Below the pieces are notes generated by a model. It was not told the origin of the DNA and searched no databases. It saw only the letters and a program-made list of their open reading frames with translations. A stretch of 64,000 bases of DNA from Coniocarpon cinnabarinum (Eukaryota), in assembly GCA_051942205.1 (NCBI GenBank), contig JAVECO010000010.1:124001-188000 (forward strand), written 5' to 3'. Of the stretch, positions 34,388 through 47,054 are shown piece after piece. The translations under genes and the position numbers were made by a program. Numbering within the stretch: the stretch's first letter is position 1; the number at the start of each line of letters is the position of its first letter.

Positions 34388-35282
34388 GGGTTATCCTGGG
34401 TGGATGAGATTGCGTCGCACCGGCCACGAGGAGCAGGACTATATCGATCCGAGAGAAAGTCATGAGTGTCCTCGACGAGCTCCAGCTGGCTGTTATTGCG
34501 CTGATGAGGTGGACCTTCTGCACGTGTTCAGGCAGACCGGATAATGTCGATGCAAACAAGCAGTGGGGAACTGAGGAGTCATGGCGCTTGCAACCGCGGC
34601 CGACGAGAAGCGAAGAGCAGTGATGTGGTGCTATCTGCAAGCATGTCTGGAAGAGCCGTAATATGCACACGACGGCAGAGGAGGCGTCCGTGTCTTGGCC
34701 CACTTCGGCAAGCTACCCAACCACCTTTTTCCTGCCGCGCCGCAAAAACCTTCGCCCAGAATGTTTTCCTGAGTCGAGAATCAGAAACTCGCGCACTCGC
34801 GCTCGGCCGGCGTTTCACCCGCCTGCGTGGCCGAGTCAGGGAACGGCCCATTCATTGTGCAAACTTGCTGGAGTGCGGAAAAACACGGCGGAGCAACACA
34901 CAGCTATCTGCACCATCGCTGACAAAGCTGCGCGCCCACCTCACGAGCGTTGCTTAAGCGCTCGCCTACTGTAAGATGACGTGTTGCGTTCGTCTGGACC
35001 CCTCACGCATGCATGCATGGGCAGGATCGCGACGACGTAATAAGATAATGGGCAAGCACATGCTCTGGCCAGACTGCCACGCATCCGGGCGGCTCGGCGC
35101 TCCACTCTTCCTGCAAACGCTGGCGACGCCGCACTTAAGCGCGCCTCTAACTTATTCACGGTCGCGCAAAGTCGGTCCGGGATGTTTACCTAACCGATGA
35201 ACTGCTCAGTGTGGAATCCTTCAACTCCCATCACCTAGCTGGCGCAAGGCGTGTCCTCTACGCGCCGACACTCGCGGACGCC

Positions 35283-37304
35283 ATGTCTACCATCAGAGCC
35301 AACGTGCCTCATGTCGAGCCAGATACCTTGACGATCCTGGTGGCGTCTTTTCTTGGCCCGATTCTACACATTCTAGTATTCATGAGAGGAGAATGGCATT
35401 TGCAGGCCCCAGCGTTGCTCAGCATATGGCTCTTCATGAGTGCTATCGTTCTGATATTGCATGTGACCCTGTTCCCAAAGGCGATGTCAACGGCAATTGG
35501 GGGTGCAGTCTCGATCATTGCAGCCTTCACTTGCTCGCTGTTCGCGAGCATGGCCATCTACCGGGTAACTCAGTGGCTCTTCAATCAAATGGAGATCATT
35601 TTGAACTAAGCATTGATCGTAACTAGGTGCTTTCTAAGGACTTGCGGCAGTTTCCCGGTCCCTTTCTCGCACGTGTAACTAAGTTGTGGCACTTTTTCCA
35701 ATGCATGCAAAGGCCACAATATCAGATACTGAATGATTTGTATTGCAAATACGGAGATATCGTCCGAACAGGTCCACAGGCCCAATGACACGGTCGGCAT
35801 ACACTCCGCTAACATAAAGCAGGTCCTCGTGAGCTTATGATAGTCCACCCAGAAATACACTACAAGATCGGTAACGCCAGAGATGATTGTGCAAAGACCG
35901 ATTGGTACGACCTTCTGAAACCAAGCCGTGCCGTCATGGGGACACGCGATCGCCAGATCCACGGGATCAGGAGGCGACTGTGGGAAAGCGCACTTGATGC
36001 AAAGAGTAAGTACCGACTAGCCATGCCCCGTCACAGAGAACCTGCGGACACTAGGATTGACCAGCAAAGGCCGGGTCGAATACATCAACCGGATACACGA
36101 TCACGTTCAGAAGCTGGACGATCGGATCAGTACGTATGCCAAGTCCGGGGAAACGGTGTTGATCAACGACTTGTTCTCTTGGTTCACCTTCGACATCATG
36201 GGCTTGTTCGCCTTTGGACACACTTTTGATATGCTGAACAGCGGCAAATGGCACCCCGCAGTTCTGGGGCTTCGAAGGGGAACCAATGCACTTGCAATAT
36301 TGTCATGTGTTCCTTGGCTTGCTCGAGTTGGCTTCGCATACTTGCCTGGATTCTGGATTGTCAAAGACTGGTTTAACATGACACGATTCTGTGAGGAACG
36401 CATCATGGCGCGAGCCACTCAGAAGGACAAGATGGACATTGCATCTCATTTCATCAAGGAAGCCAGAGCGAACGGTTTCACTAAGGAGGATAAGCAATGG
36501 CTCAGCGGTGACGCTTTGATTGTGATCGTTGCTGGAAGGTAAGCACCCCAACGAGTCTCGCATCCTCCTGCGGCTTTTGCTAACACTGCTTCTTACAGCG
36601 ACACAACGTCTGCAACACTCATATTCCTTTTCTACCAATTAGCACGTAACCCAGATACTGCCGAGCGACTTTACCAAGAACTTGAGGGTCTTGATATTAC
36701 AGATGTCACCGCTTTGCAGCAGTTGCCTATGCTGAATGGAGTCATTTCTGAGACATTGCGCTTGCACCCTGCAACACCGAGTGCAGTCTACAGAGAAACA
36801 TCTCAGAAAGGCATGGTGGTGGGCGACACATTTATCCCTGGAGGCACTAAGATCGTTGCCCCACGCTGGACAATATCTAGGTGTAAGCACTTACAAGATG
36901 GACGACCGCATCACGGACAAAGACTAATGTCTTGATAGTGGAGAGTTGCTTCGAGGACGCCAATAGCTTCGTGCCTGAGCGATGGTTCTCAAAGCCGGAA
37001 ATGGTGCGGAAGAGGATCGCCTACAGCCCGTTCGCATTTGGTATGCAGGACGATGCCGGTGCTCATTGCTCATGCTAATTGCTTGACACCAGGACGTTGG
37101 TCGTGCGCTGGCAAGCTTCTTGCGCTAGACGAGATTAGGTATGTGGTCTCTCATCTAGTTCAGAGGTATCGTGTCAGATTTGCATCCGGAGACGGCGGTG
37201 CCTCGGTGGAGCGAGATATGAAGGACCACGTTGTCGCCGTGCCAGGTCCACTCCGTCTGCAGTTTGAGAGGCGATATGCATCGACCGTCCCAGATGTGAA
37301 TTGA
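35283..37304 (+). CDS. Cytochrome P450 monooxygenase; multi-exon
   Basis: N-terminal TM, FPGP, I-helix IVAG-SDTT, ETLR (ExxR), FVPERW, heme motif PFAF-GRWSCAG across an intron. Confidence 0.93.
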
Positions 37305-38633
37305 CCTAGTGAGCGCTATGAGGCGTCCCCAAGGCGTCCGCGAAGAAGAAGAATATTGCCTACGCTACATCCAAGTTGCGTCAAGAGCATTGTCAAGATG
37401 GTATGAGCACACGTACGAGTGAACAAGGCTTCATGGAGTCTCCTAGTCTAGGCTCAGCATCTCTGTCAAGCGACATTGGAGCAACACTGGGCGCAAAATG
37501 ATTCATTGATATTTACGACGGCACGACGCACGACGGTAAGACACTGGGGAATCGCTGGCCTCATTACGGCTTTGCGGTGTTGTGAGAGAGACAAGGGTTA
37601 CATTTACCCTATGCATGTTCTCGGCGCTTAGTCAACTCGCCAAGGCCACGAACTAACTTTTGATTTCTTGATTACTCCTTCCTACAAACACTCTTGCGTT
37701 TGCAAGACATCTGCAGGTCGACTCAACGACAGTCTCGTCAATCTTGCCAATAACGAATAAAGCGGATCCACAAAGAGGGGTACGGACGAACTAGCACTTC
37801 TGGACTACGCCACAAATGCACGTCGTATAGCTACGCCGCGTTGGTGCGGGGACCTGGGCGCTTCGCTTACACCAGTTAATTCATTGGATGGTGATAACAC
37901 GTGGAGAAGCCCACGAAGCAGGATGTGGAGTTCCTCCAGAGTGTGCAGAGGGGCGTAGTCAACGCCTTTCCGCTGCCACCTCACGAGCCGAAGGATAAGC
38001 GACAGCCATACTTGCAACGGCCATGCTTCTGACGACCTCGATGTTTTGTGCTCTCGCCCGGACGATTCCGTCAATAACTTGACTTTAAGCTGACAGCTCG
38101 TGCGCTGTATCCTTTGAGAGTGGTCTTGAATTAGTTCACAATTCTTGCACGCGCCGGCTCTCATACATCTGCGGTCCCATGTTGCTGGGGATGACCCAAG
38201 GTCGTGTATGAGGCTCAGCCGCCTCGTGGTCGCCTACAAGGGAGACCTGAAACTTGAAGCAGGGCCTCCTTAGATTGGTTTTGATTGCTTGCAACATCCG
38301 TCTCGGCGCCTAGCTGCGTTCTGGATTGTCACAGTATCAAACAGCCGCCATGCTTGCGCTGCGCTTCGTATCCGTTCAGAGGTAGCTAATTTTCCTCGAG
38401 CGAATTTTCTAAGTGTAGAGGGGATTAGAGTCTTTCATCATCTCTTTGCGTTTCCTAGACTTACCCTACGTTTTATCTTCCATACTTGAAGTTGACACAG
38501 ACTTGTTTATTCGTTGATTGTCCGCGCACCCGGTGCTTGTCTTGAAGATACCAATCGGCGCTTGGTACAATACTCTCCCCTCGACAACGCAGAAGCATCT
38601 CCAACGATAGAGCGTATCTCATACTTTTGCGCA

Positions 38634-39400
38634 ATGGCACAGTGCTTCTATCCCAATGGCGATCCAACCACAGACACTCCTTGCAACACGAGTGCGCCTC
38701 ACAGCGCCTGCTGTTCCTCGTCAGACCTCTGCCTGGATAATGGCTACTGCTTCGGCGGTGGTCCCAAAGCCCCAAACGTCCTCAGCAGGGCAGCTGCACC
38801 GACCAATCCTGGACAGACGCAGCTTGCCCTGCGTATTGTTCCGACGTGTGGCCCGCTGCCGGCTGCGTCGTTCTACCCGTGGGCGCACCACCGGACAACC
38901 CAGTCATGAATCAAGCGCCCTTTTGTTGCGACGGCGCTGGGGACAACAATCTGTCGTTCTGCTCACGGAGTACTCGCGGAAGCACCCAGCCTTTTCAATT
39001 AAAGAACGGCGCTTTCATCTCAAATCGGACAGCGGGGACGCTTATGGTGGCTGATGCTGCGGCTGAGCCAAGTGGAGTCGCTACCACTACTGTCACCGTT
39101 ACTCAGACTGCAACACCTCAAGTTACGTCATCATCGAATGTGGCCGTCGGAGCTGGCGTTGGTGTCTCTCTAGGCGTACTTCTACTGCTGGCGTGCGGCT
39201 TGCTGCTGCTTCAGACTATTCGCTTGAGAAAGAGACGTTGGGAGAATACCGCAGGAAACCGACTAGAAGAGACGAGGGGCTTGAAACAGGGCTCAGCGTT
39301 TGTTCAGGGATATAATGGACGATTCGAACTTGCGTCAGAACCACATACAGGTCACATGGGCGGCACGCAGATTAAGGAGTTGGGAACGGGTGGTAGATGA
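38634..39400 (+). pseudogene. Cys-rich single-pass membrane protein (Mid2-like C-terminal TM) with an apparent 1-nt frameshift at about 38789; pseudogene or sequence error
   Basis: QCFYPNG...CC...CLDNGYC...SR continues as GSCTDQSW...CP.YC only in another frame; Thr-rich stalk and VGAGVGVSLG TM follow. Confidence 0.6.
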
Positions 39401-42344
39401 GACTTGACTCGATCTTCACGAGAGATATACCAACTTGGCATCTTAGAGATAATGCAGTCTTAAACAAATGTATGGAGAGCAGAGCGGACAAGTTCAGTAG
39501 GGACTTTAATAGGTCAAATGATATCCTTCGACTATGCTCAAACTTGATGGCTTACTGGCGCACCCTCTTCCGCGCTTAGAATACAAAACCAAGGCAGTAT
39601 CTGCTTCCAATGAATAAGAAGACTCTTCTGGACCTTTGCAGCACAGCGAAACGCATATATCGCACTTGATTCTTCATCTATTGATCTCCTCATTCCTTTG
39701 ATAGACCAGCGTGGAACGCACAAGGTCTAGAGATACATTTACAGACCTCAGCAAAGCGTTGTGCCTTCGAGGCATGTCGCATGGAAATACAATGCTTCTC
39801 ACCTCCTATGGCATGAAGCTTTGCCCTTTGCCATACAGTTTCTCTAGCCACCTAAGCTATTCGACTGCACCGGCCATAGCAAGGAAGACAACGAACAGCT
39901 AAAAGAGCCATCATATCATCCCTACCGGGTATGGTATTTGTCTTAACTGAAGGGCAGTTCCTCTTAATGTGCAACAACAGTTTTTTTGTGTTGATGTCAC
40001 CCGTGTTCATACATACATCGTTGCTGGGCGGTGAAATGGTACTTCATGGGCCATCATCACCAGCTTCAGCCGTTGGCCTCCTAGACCTATAGAGGGCCAG
40101 GTTCGAAAACATGGCATAGACAACGTATATCATTGATCGCTGTGACGCTGTCCCTGGCACTCTTGCAATTGTGCCGGCTTCGCGCAACAATGGCATGAGC
40201 AGGCAGCCATCTCTGCGGTAACAAGTGCTCTGGACTCCAACGCACTGAAATGCGAACGGTAAGTCAGCTTTAATCGTAGCGCCAGCGTTAGCTCTGCGCG
40301 AGAAGCCTATCCTCCACCATGAACGTGTTAGGAGAGGACCAAAACCACAGTCAAGAGTTCTGGACGCAGTTACTATTGAGAATCCCGAGATTGAGATACA
40401 TGAAGTACAGGCGCTGCACGCAACGCGTCTGTTCCCGGCGGGCTAAGTAAGTGTCAGCCCAATGAAAGTGGATATGCGTAAAGCCACTCTTTCGCTGGGT
40501 CCAGATCAAACGAGAGCTACCAACATCTGGACCTGAGATTGACAGAACATGTGATGGACACTCAGCACTTTCTATAAGGAAGTCCGATAGGCTGTATCCA
40601 GCAAGACTCCGTGGAAGCATAGCAGGCTGTTTTATGGTGGGACCTCGCGAACTGGATTGCTAGCGCATTGGAGCTGTCAATCAAGAGTCAATGCAAACTA
40701 CTGGTGATGGCATTGGCCCGTCCGAAGCAGTGTTGTGGACAAAAGGAAGTAGCAACGTTCCAACATTAAGTTACAAGCTTTGCACCGCGAGAAGCAAAGT
40801 CAAAGAAGGCGAAGAGGTGCGCCTCAAGGTGCGAATACAAAGCAAGAGCACGGGTTGGCTGGATGGGATGAGGCTGCTTGCAATAGCCTCACATGAATGC
40901 ATCGCCGGTGAAGCTTCTGTCGCTAATTTCGAAACATTTCTGACGGACGCGTACAGCTTCGCGCGTGGTTTTGACTTCCGTGGCCATCCTATTTCATTTC
41001 GAAGTCATCGACTTGCAACCGATGATAGCTCTAATGATTGGACACAGATTTACTTCCAACATCGATGAACACGACATCACTTGGTTCTTGTTAAAGTCCT
41101 GTGCTACACACATAGTGTTTCTGATTGGACAGTCAACATTGGTTTGTCACGGCTGTCAGCTGCTTGCCGCAGTCATGATGGTAGATCGGATGCTGCAACA
41201 ACTTTTGATGATTGATTGGGTGGTAAGATGGCTTTAGGCAGGTGGTTCACAAGCTCATACTCGTTGATCAATGATCAGTCTGAAGATCGGGCGACCTTGA
41301 GGTAGAGTTGTTGAGCCGAGTAGGGCGATAGGACACGTGACAGAATCCGTACGTGCTCGGATATTCCTATGCCTACAGACTCGGCGACGAAGAGAACAGT
41401 TCCGCCGTCGTGGCTAACACACAGACATCAGAATGATCGTTGCAGAGCTTGACCCGAGACATCTGTACATGATCCGCAGACAACAGCCTACGCATCAGGA
41501 GAATACACGTTGTGCAAGAGGATGCGCGCAAACGGCAACCGGCCGCGTGGGATAGTTGGATCCAGCTTAGGAGAAGTATATTGACGTCGGCAGAATCCGC
41601 CAGTAGAAGAGCGCATTCGGGCAACGCCGGTGGGACTAAAGACAGGTTTCAGAAGCATCACGTGATCCTCGCGCTGCCAAGAAAATGCTGGCCTGTTCAG
41701 AAACTGGCCATCTTTCAGAAATGGCTCTCTGCGCCCCTGAGCCCACTGCGAGATGAGACATTCTGCACTGCAATCGCCTGATCACTAGCCTCAATGCGTG
41801 CGGCAGCCGCATCGTTATCCGTTACCGGTGAAGCCTTGGGGCCACTGGGGGATCTACAGAGTCTTTGCGGCGCGGAATGCCATCTGAAATCCTTGGGTTG
41901 GTGGCCCGAGCTCACTCACGCAGTTTGGCAGTGCCACGATGAGAACCAACCAAAACATTTGTCATTGATGTCCTGTCCACTCCTCCTCGCACTGCAGACA
42001 TCGGCCTACATTTGCTAAAGTTAAACAGGATGCGACGGTCCAGATGGCCTTTCAAGGCTCCTGCCTATGAGAAAACGCTGCATGCAATCGGAGCGTAGCC
42101 CCCGACAATTGAAGGAATTACTTGAGACGGGCTCTGCTTACTTAGGAAAAACCTGCATGTAGCCGGCTTGCTGCATCCGTGCTTGGGTCGATGACGGACT
42201 AGGTGAACCTACCTTGGGAACAGAATTCGACCACCTTGGGTCGAGGGAATTGGGTAACATTCACATCAATTGCCACCCTGTTATGTTTCAAGTTGCTCTG
42301 ATCCTGTATTCGCAAACCGCGCTACAAAGTCGCCCCAGCTTATG

Positions 42345-42382
42345 ATCTAGCTGGCGATCCAGCTGGCAATCCAGCTGGCAAT
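42345..42382. repeat. 12-bp tandem repeat ATCCAGCTGGCA x3
   Basis: atctagctggcg atccagctggca atccagctggca. Confidence 0.6.
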
Positions 42383-42683
42383 GGCTAAGACATTGGTGAT
42401 GATCCATGCGACAGCGGCGTGTTACGTGCGCGATGGAACAGCTGTACACACTCTAGTCTGATCTGTTCACAAAGGCGGCAATACTTTTATGCGAATGACT
42501 TTTCTTTTATTGCCTTATAATACAGCGGTTGGATAACAAGCCTCTGCCCTCCAACCAACTCCGTGATAAAGCCGTTTTTCATATCGCGTAACGAGAAATA
42601 CTCTAAGCGCCTCAAGCCTTTCGTATATTCTCCGCGTCCTTTGTGAGATCGATAGTCCATTTGTTGCTGCAGATACTAAAATC

Positions 42684-43497
42684 ATGTCGGGCATCTTTGG
42701 GAACTCACACAACGAGATCCCCAGCAACAGTGAATCCCGTGTCGTCGACACGACTCAGCCTACCAACTCATTGATCGCGAAACATTTTGAGATCATCAAG
42801 GCTTCATGGCTGGGCGAGAGCTGGATGATCAGAGATCCCGCGAGGACTCACAAAGATCACCAAATCTTTAAGATTTTTTCGACTGGTGTGAGAGGGCTGC
42901 AGGTCGATCCGCGCAATGATGAGCAGGATCACACTCCAGTGTTTACGACCTCGTACAATGGCGAGAGCAGGTCCTCAAGTGCGTCGATTCTTTCCAAAGC
43001 CTTCCCTGTCACCTTGATTTGCTGACCCAATATAGCTATACAAGACGCTCGAGGCACGGGCGTTCCGTATCTAGAATGGGCACCTGGCAAGGCCAATGAA
43101 TACACCGTATGGGTTCCCAACGACAAGGAGAAAACAGAGACTACGGTTAGCGCCAAGGTCCAACAACTAGAACCAAAGACGCACAAATATCGTATCACGC
43201 TCGAGGGAGAGTTCAAAGCACACTATGACAGCTTCGGGGAGGCTATGAAGATCAGTGCTACTATGACGACGCACGATGGCAAGATTGAGGTTGAAGATCA
43301 GAAAGGCCGAAAGGCTCACGTGCAATGGCACTCGATCATGCAGAAGTATGATGTCTTGGCACAACCGGGCATGGATTATCTCCAGGTCGGTAGTAGTCGG
43401 GCGCTTAGGTCAATCCATGAGTGGCAGCTAACATGACGCGAAGGTGTCTGCGCCTGTGTTGATCATCAACAACGTTGAAAAGGCTCTGTCAAAGTGA
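42684..43497 (+). CDS. Small hypothetical protein, possibly LURP-one/tubby-C-like fold; 3-4 exons
   Basis: Open exons joined by GT..AG introns (42979-43032, 43386-43443); beta-rich sequence ending KYDVLAQPGMDYLQ-VSAPVLII. Confidence 0.5.
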
Positions 43498-43971
43498 GCA
43501 GACTCGCAAGACGGCGGGTATCTCCCAACACGTTTCGCTGTTGGATCTTTAGCTCAAGGCACAAACGAAGCGAGTGTTGCTCGTCTGGAATTGTCGCAAT
43601 CTTGAGGGTAAGTAGAGCGTCATTCGCGCGGTTGTAAAGCATCCCTTCTTCCAAGGTTTCCCTCAATACCCAAGGATCGTGACCATGTAGTGCTTGCATG
43701 GGAACAGGGATTGCTTGGACTCTCAACGCGAACGTAGACCTTGTGGCCCTGCCAAACCATATACTGCGGATAATTCTCGGACCGAGGTTCGCCGGGATCA
43801 TCTAGCTCCTAGCAGTCTAAATTTCCAGCGAGGAAGGCATGTCAGGACATCTTTCTAAGCAAGAGCTGCAAATGAACAGCACTAAGAATTCGAAACCGTC
43901 ATTTGCATGCGCGCTGGTGCCTCTCCACCTGTATTGTATACAGCAATCTCGTGCCCCGACCACATTTTAAA

Positions 43972-45558
43972 ATGACGCTCCAAGAAACTCATCAACTACA
44001 CTTGGTCATCATCGGCGCAGGTCTCGCCGGGCTTGCAGCCGCCATAACCACTGCAATGGAAGGCCACCGCGCCACGCTGCTTGAGAAGGTGACTGAGCTT
44101 AAAGAAGTGGGAGCTGGCCTGCAGGTCACTCCGAATGCTACACGTCTTCTGAAGTACTGGGGCGTCTATGACGAGCTTGAGCCATCCGCTGCTGTCCCGA
44201 ACTCATTGACCGTGCGCCGGTTTGATGGCACGCGCGTTCTTGCACATGAGCCTCGCTTTCGAGAGACGATAATGCAGCGGTATGGCGCCCCCTTCTGGGA
44301 TCTTCATCGTGTCGATCTGCAGCGTGCGCTGGCATCGCGAGCAAAAGCACTGGGCGTGCAGGTACGCCTAGGCGCGGATGTGATTGATGTCGATTTTGCT
44401 TCTAGAACCGTTGTGCTAGCAAGTGGTGAACGTGTCGAAGGCGACGTCATTATGTGTGCCGATGGCCTGTGGTCAAATCTGAGGAGTAAGTTTTTGGGTA
44501 AGCCGACGCCGCCGCTGCCAACTGGAGACCTGGCGTATAGAATCGTCTTGCACAAAGATCAGGTCAAGGACCCTGAGTTGAAAGCCTGGGTGCAGCAGCC
44601 TACTGTCAATTTTTGGCCGGGTCCACATGCACATGCAGTCGCGTATTCCATCCGAGGCGGAGAGCTCTTCAACATTGTATTACTGTGTCCGGATGACTTG
44701 CCGGATAACGTGAATAAGGCGTCCGGCGATATTGAACAGATGAAACAACTATTTAAAGGTTGGGATCCGCTGTTAGTTCCCTCTGTCTGATCTGACATCT
44801 CTGTTACTGACAAAGGGGAGGCTTTCGAGGTTCCTTGCCTGCGTCGAGACTGTTGATAAGTGGAGGCTGATGCATTGTACGACCTTGGCAGTGCCATTTT
44901 GTTCTTCAAGTATGGCTGATCCGTGCAGTGAATGAACTAGAACAATGGACGAGCTTGACCTGTAACTTCGTGATGGGGTAAGTATGCACCTTGCCGAACG
45001 ATCCCCAACGTGTACTGATAGTCCTAACAGTGGAGATGCTTGTCATCCCATGTTACCGTATTTGGCCCAAGGCGCGAACAGCTCTCTCGAGGATGGTGCC
45101 GTGTTGGGTAAGCTCTTGGGTCACGTTAGAAAGCATGAAGATATCCCGAAAGCGCTCGACTTGTACCAGCAGGAGCGCAAGTCTCGAGGAGAAGCAGTCG
45201 TGCGGGAGACATTCAAACAGGTATGCCATTGATTGTTCTTATTATGTAGATGAAGCAACATGGCTCCAGTAATGCTAATGTCCATGTTTCTGAACAGAGG
45301 GACTCCTTCCACATGCCTGATGGAGAAGAACAGCGCAAGCGCGATAAGGTCTTCTTAGATAGCCTTGGGGGCGAGCTTCCACCTAACTTCCCTAGCAGAT
45401 GGTACGTGGATATCCTTCACACTGACTGATAATGTGTTGGAGGGTGCTGACATGATAATCGTTCTGGTAGGACATGCCCCACTGTTCAGAGGTGGCTGTA
45501 TGGTTATGATGCCCTCGCAGCCGCTGAAGCTGCAATCGCCACTCATTGGACTGTATAG
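43972..45558 (+). CDS. FAD-dependent monooxygenase, salicylate hydroxylase-like; multi-exon
   Basis: IIGAGLAG, EVGAGLQVTPN, ADGLWS, TGDLAYR, GDACHPMLPYLAQGANSSLEDG, W-TCPTVQRWLYGYDA. Confidence 0.93.
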
Positions 45559-45782
45559 AGATCTCATGCTTGTCCAGAAGGGTAAGGCTGTGAACGCGAT
45601 AGCATCAATATCCAGTTGAACTAATTCCTGAACTGGCACGCGTTGGTTGTGGTACAAGATCAGGGCACCATGGTAAGTATCAGCCTTGCGATGACGGCAA
45701 ATTGGTCCACCACCTGATGATCTCTAGCTTTGATGCGGTCGACAGATCGTTGCATCGCCGACATCTTAACAGACTCAGCTCA

Positions 45783-47054
45783 TCATACTAGGCTTCTTGC
45801 ACTGTTCGAGATCCCCTGTTGTCCACCCTCACTCCATTTGCTGGAAGGTGGCCCCGCAGAAGCCAATGAAGCATGATCCTCCGTCGTCGGTGATTGGGGC
45901 TCGTCAGTCTCCGCTTCATTCAAAGTTGGAGACCTCGTGATGAGTTCGATGTCTTCGTATTCCGCGCGTCGTGGCCGATCATCTCTGGCGCCAATTGTGC
46001 GCGGCAAGTCTTGATGCACATCCTGCACATGTCTCTTCGGGAGAAACTTTTGCAAGACCGGTCGACAGATGGGGAGACTGATGCAGACGAGCGAGACGCT
46101 TGGCTCAATCAGTACCACGATGACCGCGTCTGTCTCTGTCCAGGTGGCGTCTGTGAAACTGATGGTCAAGACGCTGACCAGTCGAAGAACGGCGATGACG
46201 ATGTCGACGAGCCCGAGAGCAAAGACGGCGGAGAGAGCGACCTTGTTGCTTCGAGATGTACTGAGGTTCCAGACCATGGGGAGCGGGAGGAACCAAATGA
46301 TGATTTGCATCAAGAGGCACCATGCTGCTGAGACGCCGAGGAACACTGTCTGGTTCAGGCACTTTGCTGGATTTGTTGGATCCCAAAGATGCGACAATGG
46401 GATGCAGCTAAGTGACACCATGAAGATCATCCAGGTTACCCAAATGCCGTTGACGATCATCATCCCGGAAGCTAAGTATACGAGCGATGATGCTTGTCTT
46501 GAGAAGATTCATGTGGACTTACCGAGGAGTCGAAACATCCTCGTGATGAAGATGCGGATGAAGAGGAAGCAGATCGACGAACGAATAAGGCCCATTGTGA
46601 TGGCGTATGAGATCTCAACGCAGACCGAAACCTTCAAGAAGTCAGCGTCTTCTTTTGAAGGCGCTCACTCTTTCTGGACGGGCTCACCTTTGCAAACCTG
46701 ATTATCTCGTCAGGCGAGATTTCAGTGATGTGGTGACCTAAGCCACCAATTGCAACCGCTACTACTCGTTAGTCGGGGGCTTCCAAGGATCTTGAGTCGA
46801 CCTACCAAGGATTTCCTGGACGACGATTGTGTAGTAGCAGAGCTAATCAACGTCAGCTTTGCTTATACCAGTATCCACAGCTCAGCACGCCGTACTAAAC
46901 CTGCTACTGCGAGCCAATCGTCGAGCCCGAGTGTAATGCGCTTGAGTCGCCTTGAGTAGATCCTCAAGGCGACTACTGCTGTTGCCAGCAGTGTAAAAAT
47001 CACGCACACGGCGGTGACACTCTGAGACTTCTCCGTAGAGAGTGGTCTGTCCAT
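45783..47054 (-). CDS. PTH11-like integral membrane protein (fungal rhodopsin domain); multi-exon
   Basis: VVALRIYSRR...LGLDDWLAVAGL, RSSICFLFIRIF, C.PLSHLWD, LPLPMVWNL, EPSVSLVCISLP. Confidence 0.87.

Noticed and set aside
39500..42300. Scattered short ORFs in a 3-kb gap
   Set aside because: No recognisable motifs or consistent exon chain; may hide a decayed gene but I cannot support a call
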